Source: an uncultured Rhodospirillaceae bacterium
GTDB taxonomy: Bacteria > Pseudomonadota > Alphaproteobacteria > RF32 > CAG-239
Direction of reading: 5' to 3'
Assembly: GCA_900313155.1 (NCBI GenBank)
Contig: OMQE01000054.1
Span: forward strand, 1-25,925
DNA: 25,925 bases
Position numbers and translations under genes: made by a program. Below are positions 9,500 through 17,460 of this stretch, piece after piece (the stretch's first letter is position 1; each line of letters begins with the position of its first letter). The notes beneath the pieces are model-generated. The model saw nothing but the letters and a program-made list of their open reading frames with translations, was not told where the DNA came from and ran no database searches.

Positions 9500-12400
9500 A
9501 TGAACAAGAACGTATTGAAAATATGTATTTTTATTCTGACAACCTTTATTGGTATGTCGGCGTTCGGTTGCTCTGTTTATGCAGCTGAAAATCAATCCTG
9601 TTCCGGTAATTGTTCTGCCGCAAATAAATGCAAACCGGCCAGAAACGGCTTTTCATATGTTACCACTTCATCCAGTAATGTCATTAACGGCAAATGTATC
9701 AAAGATGCAACAGCTAACAGTTGCTACAATGCCAATCCGACCAGCTGTTCCGGTTCATATAACGGTTTAGGCAGTCGCGGTTCTTCACGCAACCACTACG
9801 GAAGCGATATTGGTAGCGCCGCATGCGGTGCGGCAAAAGGAAAAATACAGGTTTATGCACCTGCCGATGGAACTATTGTTTGGACAGGCGTCTCTTCAGG
9901 CGGCGGCCGAACAATGGTGATTGAGCACGAAAAGAAATGCTCCGGCGGCGGAAAATATAAGACAATATTCAGACATTTAGCCGCTTACATTAAAACCGGT
10001 GGCTCTGTCAAAAAAAATGAGCCGGTTGGCATTGAAGGCGGTTCTAACTGCTACAATAAAAGTGCCGGTGACGCTTGTATTTGTGATAATAAGGAACAAA
10101 GCGTCGGCAAAGTTTATAGCGGTTGCAGCAAAGTCCATGCCTATGCTATTCACCTACACATGGAAACGGTAAACAGTGGATTTAATGGTTCTAATTATTC
10201 CGGTGGCGAAGCAGATAATGTATTAGAAACTTCCTGCGGAGCCGTTCAAACACTTTGCGGCGGTTGCCCGATTGACACAACTTCTTGCGGCGGGAAAATG
10301 GAAATGACCAGCGATGGCACCGTTGCCTCTATGGACGGTATTGAGGGCGGTTCCGAGGGCGGTGATTTCGGTGCCGGTGGCAGTGGCGAATACAAAAGCG
10401 ATAAGTGCGATTTTAAAGAGTATCTCGATTCGCAAAATTGCACCTTCTGCGAAGTGTTTAAAAAGCTTTGGAACGCCGCCAGTATTATGGCAAAAACCGC
10501 TAATGATACTTTGGCAACGCCTACCAAAACATTGGTTTCCTTCGGATTCGTTATCTGGCTTTGTATATACCTCTTGAGGCAATTGACGTCATATTCCAAA
10601 GTTAGCACGGCAGAAATGCTCAAAGGCATATTGTTCCAAGGTTTCCGTGTGGCGGTGGTGCTTATTGCCTTAAGCGGCGCCATTTATGAGCTGATGGATT
10701 TAACCATCAACCCCGTGTTAGAAACAGGGTTGAGCTTTGGGCGAACACTGAACAAAGATGCCTCTTGCGACAGTAACGCAAGCTACATGCAAAACATTGT
10801 CGGCTACGACGAAACAACGGGCTTTCCTAGACCGGAAGACGGCACCAGCGACCAAATCGGCGGACTTTCGAAACATTTGGGTGAATCAATTATATGCAAC
10901 CTGAAAACCTTAGAAGATAAAACCGGATTTTTAATGTCTTTGGGCAAATACTCCATTTGTATAGGTTGGGAGCGTCACTTTATTTTAAGCAGAGAATTTT
11001 TACCCGGACTGGGCTATTTTTCCACCGGTATATTATTGTGGATAACCGGTTTATTGTTGCTGTTATCATTCCCATGGTGTTTGGTAGATTGTATTCTACA
11101 ACTCTGCATTTCCGTTGCGCTTTTACCATGCGCTATTGGGGCTTATGCCTTCAAAATTACGGCACAATATTTGAAAATGATATGGAATATGTTTATGAAC
11201 GCCATATTCAACTTTGTCTTTATGGCCATTATTATATACATTATCAACGCCCACCTTGGCGATTGGATTGGCTACACCCCGGGAACCGCCCCTCAAGACG
11301 AGATATTTATTACCGGTTATCTATCCGCAAATGGTTTGGCTTGGTGGGGATTGGGCTTTGTTAAAATAGTCATTGTCTGCGTGTTTTGTTGGACCTTCTT
11401 TGACGAGGCAAGTTCAATGGCTAATGAATTTGGCAAGGGTATGAGTCTGCACAATATCGGTCGCAAGCTGGGTGGAACTGTTAATCAAGCAGCGCTAAAC
11501 TATGGCGTTAAACCGGGAGCAATTGTTGCCGGCAATTTAGCACTGGGCACCGGCAGACGTATCGGCGAAGCCGTTAATTCACGCTATGGCAACAGCTTCC
11601 GTAGCGGCGTTAACAAACTTAAAGGCGAAGTCATTAAACGTATACCGGCACGTTCACGCAACACAGTGACTAATCCGGACGGTTCAACCAGCACAACCGC
11701 AACATACAGTTTTCTCGGTTTTGAACAAACCAGAACCGTGACAAAAGGTGCTGATGGTATTTATACCCATAGCAAAGAAACACACCGCAAAAATGACCAA
11801 TTCGGCACACGTTCAACTAATGATGCCTTTATGCAAATTAAAGAAAAAACCGATAAAAACGGCAAAGTTGTCGGTCGTTCCATTAAGTTTAATAACACCA
11901 CCGCCAAATATTTGGTCAAAGATGACGGCACCATCAATATGCACGCCATGCAACAAATGATTAACGGCGCCGAAAACAAAGAACGCGCCTATGAAGGGAT
12001 TATGTTGATGGTGGCACAAAAACGCGGTCTTTCTGTGAGCGAAAACTTCCAAAACCGTGAGGTGAAAATTAATCCTGATAAATCAGTAACCATTTCGCAA
12101 ACCAATTTGGACGGCACTCAGCAAATTCTTACGGCTCAAATGATTGGTAACCAAATGGTGCTTTCTCAACAAAGTTTTGACCGCAAGGGTAATCCTATCA
12201 GATTTCAAAAATCAAACGGCGTCCGCACGTTAACCGAAACTTATGAACGCCGCGCTGACGGCACCTATTTGGCATCCATTCGCCACGGTTTCACCGATTA
12301 TTGGCAGTCAAAAGATATTTTAACCGAAGAAAACGGCGTTGGTGAATGGCGTTTCAGATACGATTCGAACATGGATGCTCAAAAAGCCATGACCGGCTTT

Positions 12401-13222
12401 GATAAAAACGACTTTGATGAACATATGGCGCAAATGCAACATGCACGCCGAACCAGACACGATAGAATGCCGAAAAACTATATCTCACTGGATAATTTAT
12501 CGGCTGATGCCGTGATGGCAAGAATGGGAAATAAAAGAATGGCTACACCGACCCCTGTTACTCCACAACCTGCGCCTACCTCTCCAACACCGGAAACACT
12601 ACAAACAGGAACGTTGAATTCCTTTGATGCAACCCAGGAACGTACTGAAGTAGAACAGCCTCGGCAACCGGAAAAAACTGAAAACAATTTCATTATTGAT
12701 AAGAATGATAAAGGCGAGATAATAACATATAGTCTGGAAGAAGCGCAAAAATGGGAAGAAGCTGAACGTCAAGCGCAAGAAAACCAAAATCGCATTCAGG
12801 CAGAAAAAGATACAAGACACCGGCAAAATCAGGAAGCCCGTAAAAAACGTGAAGAACAAATTCGTGAAGCTGCCGAAGATGAAAGAAAACGTGTTGAAAC
12901 TAATAAGGAAAATAAAAAGAAATTAGAAGAAGAAACTACTAAACGTGTAGAAAAGAGAGAGGAATACAAAGCTCAATTACGTGATTTACAAGAAAAATTA
13001 CGTAATGCGAGAGAGATAGCTCAGTCTTCCGGCAAACCTGAAGATATCAAATTCTACAATGAACTTAAGGCTAAAACAGAAGAAACCAGAACAAAATTAA
13101 CCAACATTCTAAAAGACTACGAAGAGCAAAGAAATCGCTATAACAGAGCTGTTGAAGAACATAATGCTCGCGTTGCCAATAAATCAGAAACTAAAGAGGT
13201 TGATACTGGAAACAAGGTATAG
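9500..13222 (+). CDS. M23 (LytM-type) metallopeptidase fused N-terminally to a complete VirB6-like unit with a long cytoplasmic tail
   Basis: Start moved from 9431 to ATG 9500 (AAGGA RBS; signal peptide). M23 motifs: HYGSD (HxxxD, codon 9794), VYAPADGTIV, GGRTMVIEH, FRHL and HLH (codon 10151). A Gly linker leads to CTFCEVF, INPVLETGLSFG, SLGKYSICIGW and LVDCILQLCISVALLPCAIGAYAFKIT. The protein ends in a charged coiled coil. Confidence 0.8.
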   Translation: MNKNVLKICIFILTTFIGMSAFGCSVYAAENQSCSGNCSAANKCKPARNGFSYVTTSSSNVINGKCIKDATANSCYNANPTSCSGSYNGLGSRGSSRNHYGSDIGSAACGAAKGKIQVYAPADGTIVWTGVSSGGGRTMVIEHEKKCSGGGKYKTIFRHLAAYIKTGGSVKKNEPVGIEGGSNCYNKSAGDACICDNKEQSVGKVYSGCSKVHAYAIHLHMETVNSGFNGSNYSGGEADNVLETSCGAVQTLCGGCPIDTTSCGGKMEMTSDGTVASMDGIEGGSEGGDFGAGGSGEYKSDKCDFKEYLDSQNCTFCEVFKKLWNAASIMAKTANDTLATPTKTLVSFGFVIWLCIYLLRQLTSYSKVSTAEMLKGILFQGFRVAVVLIALSGAIYELMDLTINPVLETGLSFGRTLNKDASCDSNASYMQNIVGYDETTGFPRPEDGTSDQIGGLSKHLGESIICNLKTLEDKTGFLMSLGKYSICIGWERHFILSREFLPGLGYFSTGILLWITGLLLLLSFPWCLVDCILQLCISVALLPCAIGAYAFKITAQYLKMIWNMFMNAIFNFVFMAIIIYIINAHLGDWIGYTPGTAPQDEIFITGYLSANGLAWWGLGFVKIVIVCVFCWTFFDEASSMANEFGKGMSLHNIGRKLGGTVNQAALNYGVKPGAIVAGNLALGTGRRIGEAVNSRYGNSFRSGVNKLKGEVIKRIPARSRNTVTNPDGSTSTTATYSFLGFEQTRTVTKGADGIYTHSKETHRKNDQFGTRSTNDAFMQIKEKTDKNGKVVGRSIKFNNTTAKYLVKDDGTINMHAMQQMINGAENKERAYEGIMLMVAQKRGLSVSENFQNREVKINPDKSVTISQTNLDGTQQILTAQMIGNQMVLSQQSFDRKGNPIRFQKSNGVRTLTETYERRADGTYLASIRHGFTDYWQSKDILTEENGVGEWRFRYDSNMDAQKAMTGFDKNDFDEHMAQMQHARRTRHDRMPKNYISLDNLSADAVMARMGNKRMATPTPVTPQPAPTSPTPETLQTGTLNSFDATQERTEVEQPRQPEKTENNFIIDKNDKGEIITYSLEEAQKWEEAERQAQENQNRIQAEKDTRHRQNQEARKKREEQIREAAEDERKRVETNKENKKKLEEETTKRVEKREEYKAQLRDLQEKLRNAREIAQSSGKPEDIKFYNELKAKTEETRTKLTNILKDYEEQRNRYNRAVEEHNARVANKSETKEVDTGNKV

Positions 13223-13259
13223 TAATCATCGGGTTTTGTATATAAGATAAATTTTTGTC

Positions 13260-13296
13260 TTGCATTCTGTAAAAAAATGTCTAGTATTAGACTAGA
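13260..13296 (+). promoter_or_regulatory. Putative sigma70-type promoter of the XRE gene overlapped by a palindromic operator
   Basis: TTGCAT (13260-13265), a 16-nt spacer and TAGTAT (13282-13287). The palindrome TCTAGT-N5-ACTAGA (13280-13296) covers the -10 element. Confidence 0.4.
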
Positions 13297-13328
13297 TTGT
13301 TTATCGTATTGTTTTATGAGGCGTTATT

Positions 13329-14303
13329 ATGGAAGAAATTGTTTTCCCAAATCAAATCAGAATGCATAGAAGGCTTCGCGGCGTGCCTATGCAACAACTG
13401 GCAGACTATCTAGGTGTCAGCCTTTCTGCTGTGTCTAAAATCGAGAAAGGTTATCGCCGTTTGAATCAAGAACAGTTGATACAAGTTGCCGAATTGTTAG
13501 ATTGTTCCATGCAAGATTTGTATGTTAATGAGCAAAATTCGCAAGAAGAAGTTGTTCAGGCTTGGAAACGCGAACAAGAACGCCGCAGTAAAATTAACCA
13601 AACTGCCGGCCTGAAAACATTAGGTGCCGGCTTGCGCCACATTCGTAACGAAAACGGCTTAACATTGATAGAAGTTTCTGAACACGCCGATATGACCTTA
13701 TCGGTTTATCATCGTATTGAAATGGGACAACGCGAAGTTTCTGATAAGGAATTTAAAAATATTGCTCATGCCATGTCTATGACCATTGACGGCTTGAAAG
13801 CTCGAATTAAGGAGCTTGAAGAAGCCGGTGACTTGACTGATATTATTGAACACAACGATAATCGTTATAGGGTTCTGAATAATTCTCGTTACGCCAATTT
13901 GGGTGCAATGATGCTTGGAGAACGCGATACGGTTATGGTTCCGGTCTATGGCTCCAGCAACGCGGAAGGTAATATCATTATTGACCGTAATGGAGCCTTA
14001 AAAGAAGTTTCTTGTCCGATTCAATTACAAGCCAAGCATGATATTTATGCCATCAATTTATGTACACGCCGTCTGGGTTCGCTGATTTCCAGTCGTGCAG
14101 TTTTGTTTGCAGACCCGACAGAAGTTGTCAGTGCCGGTGATATTGCTTTGTATTACATCAAAGAAGATGAAGCAAAACTTTTAAGCATCCGAGAAGATGA
14201 AAATGGTCGTCTTTATGGTTTAAGATGGAATCCTGATGAAAGAGTTGCGCTAGATAACAGTGATTTGGCAAAAATCCATAAAATTGTTGTGATAAATCTT
14301 TAG
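13329..14303 (+). CDS. XRE-family transcriptional regulator with two tandem HTH domains and a degenerate S24 peptidase-like C-terminal domain
   Basis: HTH1 is IRMHRRLRGVPMQQLADYLGVSLSAVSKIEKG and HTH2 is LRHIRNENGLTLIEVSEHADMTLSVYHRIEMG. The C-terminal VPVYG...IYAI...VLFADP...GDIALY resembles the S24/LexA fold. GAGG RBS at 13318-13321. Confidence 0.85.
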   Translation: MEEIVFPNQIRMHRRLRGVPMQQLADYLGVSLSAVSKIEKGYRRLNQEQLIQVAELLDCSMQDLYVNEQNSQEEVVQAWKREQERRSKINQTAGLKTLGAGLRHIRNENGLTLIEVSEHADMTLSVYHRIEMGQREVSDKEFKNIAHAMSMTIDGLKARIKELEEAGDLTDIIEHNDNRYRVLNNSRYANLGAMMLGERDTVMVPVYGSSNAEGNIIIDRNGALKEVSCPIQLQAKHDIYAINLCTRRLGSLISSRAVLFADPTEVVSAGDIALYYIKEDEAKLLSIREDENGRLYGLRWNPDERVALDNSDLAKIHKIVVINL

Positions 14304-14329
14304 TATCAGGCAAATTTTAATAAGAAATT

Positions 14330-14370
14330 TACACTCTCTATTGTATGGTAGAGAGTGTAGTTTTATTTTT
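14330..14370 (+). terminator. Intrinsic terminator-like hairpin after the XRE gene
   Basis: Perfect 11-bp stem TACACTCTCTA (14330-14340) / TAGAGAGTGTA (14349-14359) with an 8-nt loop, followed by TTTTATTTTT. Confidence 0.7.
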
Positions 14371-14387
14371 GGCGTAAGGATAAAAAC

Positions 14388-16889
14388 GTGGCAGAGGAAA
14401 AACTGACGGAAGCAAATCAGCAACAAACAGAAGAAGAGAACCCGATTCTGGTTGCTCAACGCTACCTGAATATTTATCACCAAATCCATATATTCCCGCC
14501 GGAAAAAAGAGAAGAATTTGCGGCATCTCTTAAAAGTATGCCGGCACCAATCCGTCATATTTTACCGTCAATTCCGGGCGGACGGGCGCTCTTGGATCAT
14601 ATCTTGGAACTAGAGGGAATCCAAAAGAAAGATTATGCTGAAAACACCGGCTTACTGCAACAGGAAGAAACTCAAACATCAAAATCGCCGGAAAGCGTTG
14701 TTAATGTTCCGGTTGTAGCCTCTGGTAAAATCAGTTTAGATCCGGATTTTGCTCGTAATTTGGCGGGTTCGCTGGCAACAGCTTTCAAAAACAATAATCT
14801 GATGCCGGGAGGAAACTTAAACGAATTATCCAATGTATTGAGCAAATCGTTCAATGCTTATGCGAACAATATGCAACAAATGACTGAGACTATTCTCTCA
14901 CAAAACATTGAACAACTCAATCGCTCGCAGTCCGAATTGCAGGAACACATCAAAACTCAACTCAATATGCAAAATGAGTTGCAAAGCAAAGTGGCAGAGC
15001 AATTAAATACACAACTCAATAAACAAACCGAATTACAAAATAAGGTTACTGAGCAACTCAATAATCAACTGATTAAACAAGGTGAATTGCAAAATAAAAT
15101 CACCGAACAGGTAGGCGAACAAATCAGCCAAGTTCAAAACCGATTGAACACTCAAATCGGGAAACAATTGGATTGGCAAAACAAAATGCAATCTCAATTT
15201 GAACAAAATATGAGTTTGCAAAACCAATTACAGCAAAAAATTCAAAGCCAAATAACTGCACAATCTGCCAGCATTAGTGCCGAAGCTGTTCCTGTTGGAA
15301 CCATTCCGCATGCTGCAGCGCAGATGAATGCGCAAACCAACAACGCCAATACAACCACAATTAACAACATTAATGTGGATTCGTCGTGTTTTAACGGCAT
15401 AACACAAACATTGCGTGAAACGGAAGAAAAGCGTCGTGCCGATTTTCAGAAAATTATTGAAGTTTTGAACAAAAATTTTGCGACAAATAAAAATCAAAAA
15501 ACTCAAGAATTACCTGTTTCCGCCATAACCAACTCCATTACCGAAGCTCTGCGTGAAAACAGCAAACAGCAACTTGCGGCCATTAAGGCCTTTGGTGAAA
15601 CATTATCCCAAACTATTCGGCAATCACAACAAGAACTGGCTAAAACTTTAAGCAAAACCAATTCTCAGCCGGAAAAAATATATATCACCCAAACGGCACC
15701 AACACCTGTTGAAAAAGAAACTTCAAAGCCTTCGCAAGCTCAACTTCAATCTCAGACCAAGGCAGAAAAAAGAAAAGACAAGACGGAGCAAAAATCTCAA
15801 AATCAGCAAAAGAAAAATGCCGAGCAACCTTTAGCACAAAAAACGCCGAAAACGGATAATCAAACGCAAAACAAATCTAAAGAATTACCTAATCCGGCAG
15901 ATAAAGACTTAGACTTTGAAAAAGCCTTTGAAATTGACAATTTGAAAGATGAGGAAAATATTTCTCTTGATGATATTTTTGCCAATAGTCTAGAGCCGGA
16001 TTTAGCCAAAGCATTTTCCGAACCAACTAAAAAACAGCCTCCTCTGCCTGAAAAAAAGAAATCGGCAGAAAAATTACCCAATGAAACCCAAAAAACAGAT
16101 GATTTTCTAAATGCTTTTACAAAAACGGAACCAAAATCCGCACCACAAAAAACTAAACCGCAACCCCAAAAACCTGCAGAACCGGAACATAAAAAAGATA
16201 TAAAACAAGAACAACCGCCAAAACCTAAACCACATTCGCATCTGTATGATGATGCCATGCTCAAAATTAAAGAAGCTTTACAATCGTCCGAAACAGTTGC
16301 TTTAGATGATTTAGATGATGTTCGACCTGTTTCTTTGGTTGACAACATGCCTGAACCGGAGCCGGAACAACAAGAACCGACATACATTGATACACCTCTG
16401 GATGATAGTTTTTTGAACGCATTTGAAGGACAAGAAAAAGAAAACACTGACGAGTGGGAATATGTTGACGAGAACGACAATCCCATTGAAGCAAGCGATA
16501 CCGACGAGTGGGAATATGTTGACGAAGACGGCACCCCCGTTGAAGCAAGCGATACCGACGAGTGGGAATATGTTGACGAGAACGGCAACCCCGTTGAAGC
16601 AAGCGATACCGACGAGTGGGAATATGTTGACGAGAACGGCAACCCCGTTGAAGCAAGCGATACTGACGAGTGGGAATATGTTGACGAGAACGGCAACCCC
16701 GTTGAGGCAAAAGATACTGACGAGTGGGAATACGTTGACGAGAACGGCAACCCTGTTGAAGCAAGCGATACTAACGAGTGGGAATATGTTGACGAGAACG
16801 GCAACCCCGTTGCGAAAGATGATGAACTAATGAATGCTTTTAGCGAAAATCAAACGACATCTGAGAAAGAAAATAAAGATGATAAATAG
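14388..16889 (+). CDS. Hypothetical 833-aa cytoplasmic protein: small folded N-domain, Gln-rich coiled coil, Pro/Lys/Glu-rich disordered region, acidic C-terminal tandem repeats
   Basis: GTG start with AAGGA RBS at 14376-14380. No signal peptide or TM helix is evident. The repeats are read directly from the translation. Confidence 0.8.
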   Translation: MAEEKLTEANQQQTEEENPILVAQRYLNIYHQIHIFPPEKREEFAASLKSMPAPIRHILPSIPGGRALLDHILELEGIQKKDYAENTGLLQQEETQTSKSPESVVNVPVVASGKISLDPDFARNLAGSLATAFKNNNLMPGGNLNELSNVLSKSFNAYANNMQQMTETILSQNIEQLNRSQSELQEHIKTQLNMQNELQSKVAEQLNTQLNKQTELQNKVTEQLNNQLIKQGELQNKITEQVGEQISQVQNRLNTQIGKQLDWQNKMQSQFEQNMSLQNQLQQKIQSQITAQSASISAEAVPVGTIPHAAAQMNAQTNNANTTTINNINVDSSCFNGITQTLRETEEKRRADFQKIIEVLNKNFATNKNQKTQELPVSAITNSITEALRENSKQQLAAIKAFGETLSQTIRQSQQELAKTLSKTNSQPEKIYITQTAPTPVEKETSKPSQAQLQSQTKAEKRKDKTEQKSQNQQKKNAEQPLAQKTPKTDNQTQNKSKELPNPADKDLDFEKAFEIDNLKDEENISLDDIFANSLEPDLAKAFSEPTKKQPPLPEKKKSAEKLPNETQKTDDFLNAFTKTEPKSAPQKTKPQPQKPAEPEHKKDIKQEQPPKPKPHSHLYDDAMLKIKEALQSSETVALDDLDDVRPVSLVDNMPEPEPEQQEPTYIDTPLDDSFLNAFEGQEKENTDEWEYVDENDNPIEASDTDEWEYVDEDGTPVEASDTDEWEYVDENGNPVEASDTDEWEYVDENGNPVEASDTDEWEYVDENGNPVEAKDTDEWEYVDENGNPVEASDTNEWEYVDENGNPVAKDDELMNAFSENQTTSEKENKDDK
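14934..15260 (+). repeat. Degenerate ~18-residue Gln-rich coiled-coil repeats (ELQxKVxEQLNxQLxKQx) within the 833-aa protein
   Basis: ELQSKVAEQLNTQLNKQT, ELQNKVTEQLNNQLIKQG and ELQNKITEQ..., plus weaker flanking copies. End points are approximate. Confidence 0.65.
16446..16811 (+). repeat. In-frame tandem repeat of 54 nt (18 aa, TDEWEYVDENGNPVEASD), six full copies plus a seventh partial copy
   Basis: Units start at 16446, 16500, 16554, 16608, 16662, 16716 and 16770. The central copies are nearly identical at the nucleotide level. Confidence 0.95.
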
Positions 16890-16901
16890 CGTAAAAAGAT
16901 A

Positions 16902-16930
16902 TTTACAAAACGCCGGAAGACGTATAAACT
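16902..16930 (+). promoter_or_regulatory. Possible sigma70-type promoter for the three downstream genes
   Basis: TTTACA (16902-16907), a 17-nt spacer and TAAACT (16925-16930). The context is AT-rich, so a chance match is possible. Confidence 0.3.
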
Positions 16931-16956
16931 AACGGCATATAACAAGGAAAAAGACA

Positions 16957-17442
16957 ATGGCAGAAGAAAATAAAACAGTCGTTTCAAAAGAATCTCTTTG
17001 GTATGTTGACAACTACATTGTGTTGTTAGATTATTATGATCGCACAATTTCGCGTATTGCCGCACGTTGTGTTCGTCAGGGAAATATTGCCTTAGAAGAA
17101 TATAAGTTTTACCCATATATTTTAGATGTTTTGGAAGAAATCTGCGATACCGGTAACTACATTTTGGAACATAAAGAGCTTTATCCCTATGTTGAAAAAC
17201 GCGTCGCCGGCGGCATTGAAGCACTGAAAAAGAATCTGTCACTATATCAGGAAGAACTAACCAATAACCAATCACCGGATATGCTCCGTGCAGATCCGGA
17301 TGAAGCTAAAAAACTCAATGAGGTTATGAGCAATTTTGACAAGTCGGTTGACCCAACCGTTGGCGCAGGTATGAATATTGACGAACTGATGGAAAAATTG
17401 ATGGCTGAAAATAATATCAGCAATAAAGAACAAACAGAATAA
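16957..17442 (+). CDS. Hypothetical 161-aa cytoplasmic, mostly helical, acidic protein
   Basis: AAGGA RBS, fits the gap between its neighbours, protein-like composition, no recognisable motif. Confidence 0.75.
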   Translation: MAEENKTVVSKESLWYVDNYIVLLDYYDRTISRIAARCVRQGNIALEEYKFYPYILDVLEEICDTGNYILEHKELYPYVEKRVAGGIEALKKNLSLYQEELTNNQSPDMLRADPDEAKKLNEVMSNFDKSVDPTVGAGMNIDELMEKLMAENNISNKEQTE

Positions 17443-17460
17443 CAATAAAAGGCTGGACTC

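Noticed and set aside
9500-9571. Lipoprotein signal (SAFG-C) on the M23-VirB6 protein
   Set aside because: The lipobox is non-canonical, and a signal peptidase I site (VYA-AE) follows immediately and fits better.
1-13222. The array as part of a conjugative plasmid or ICE
   Set aside because: No relaxase, integrase, att site or coupling protein appears in the window, and the neighbours look chromosomal. This cannot be excluded for the sequence upstream of the window.
16446-16811. The 54-nt direct repeats as a CRISPR array
   Set aside because: There are no unique spacers, the unit is a multiple of 3 and in frame within a CDS, and no cas genes are present.
15860-16830. Alternative-frame and antisense ORFs of 314, 165 and 135 aa over the repeat
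   Set aside because: They are shadows of the stop-free tandem repeat, lack an RBS and are fully nested in the 833-aa gene.
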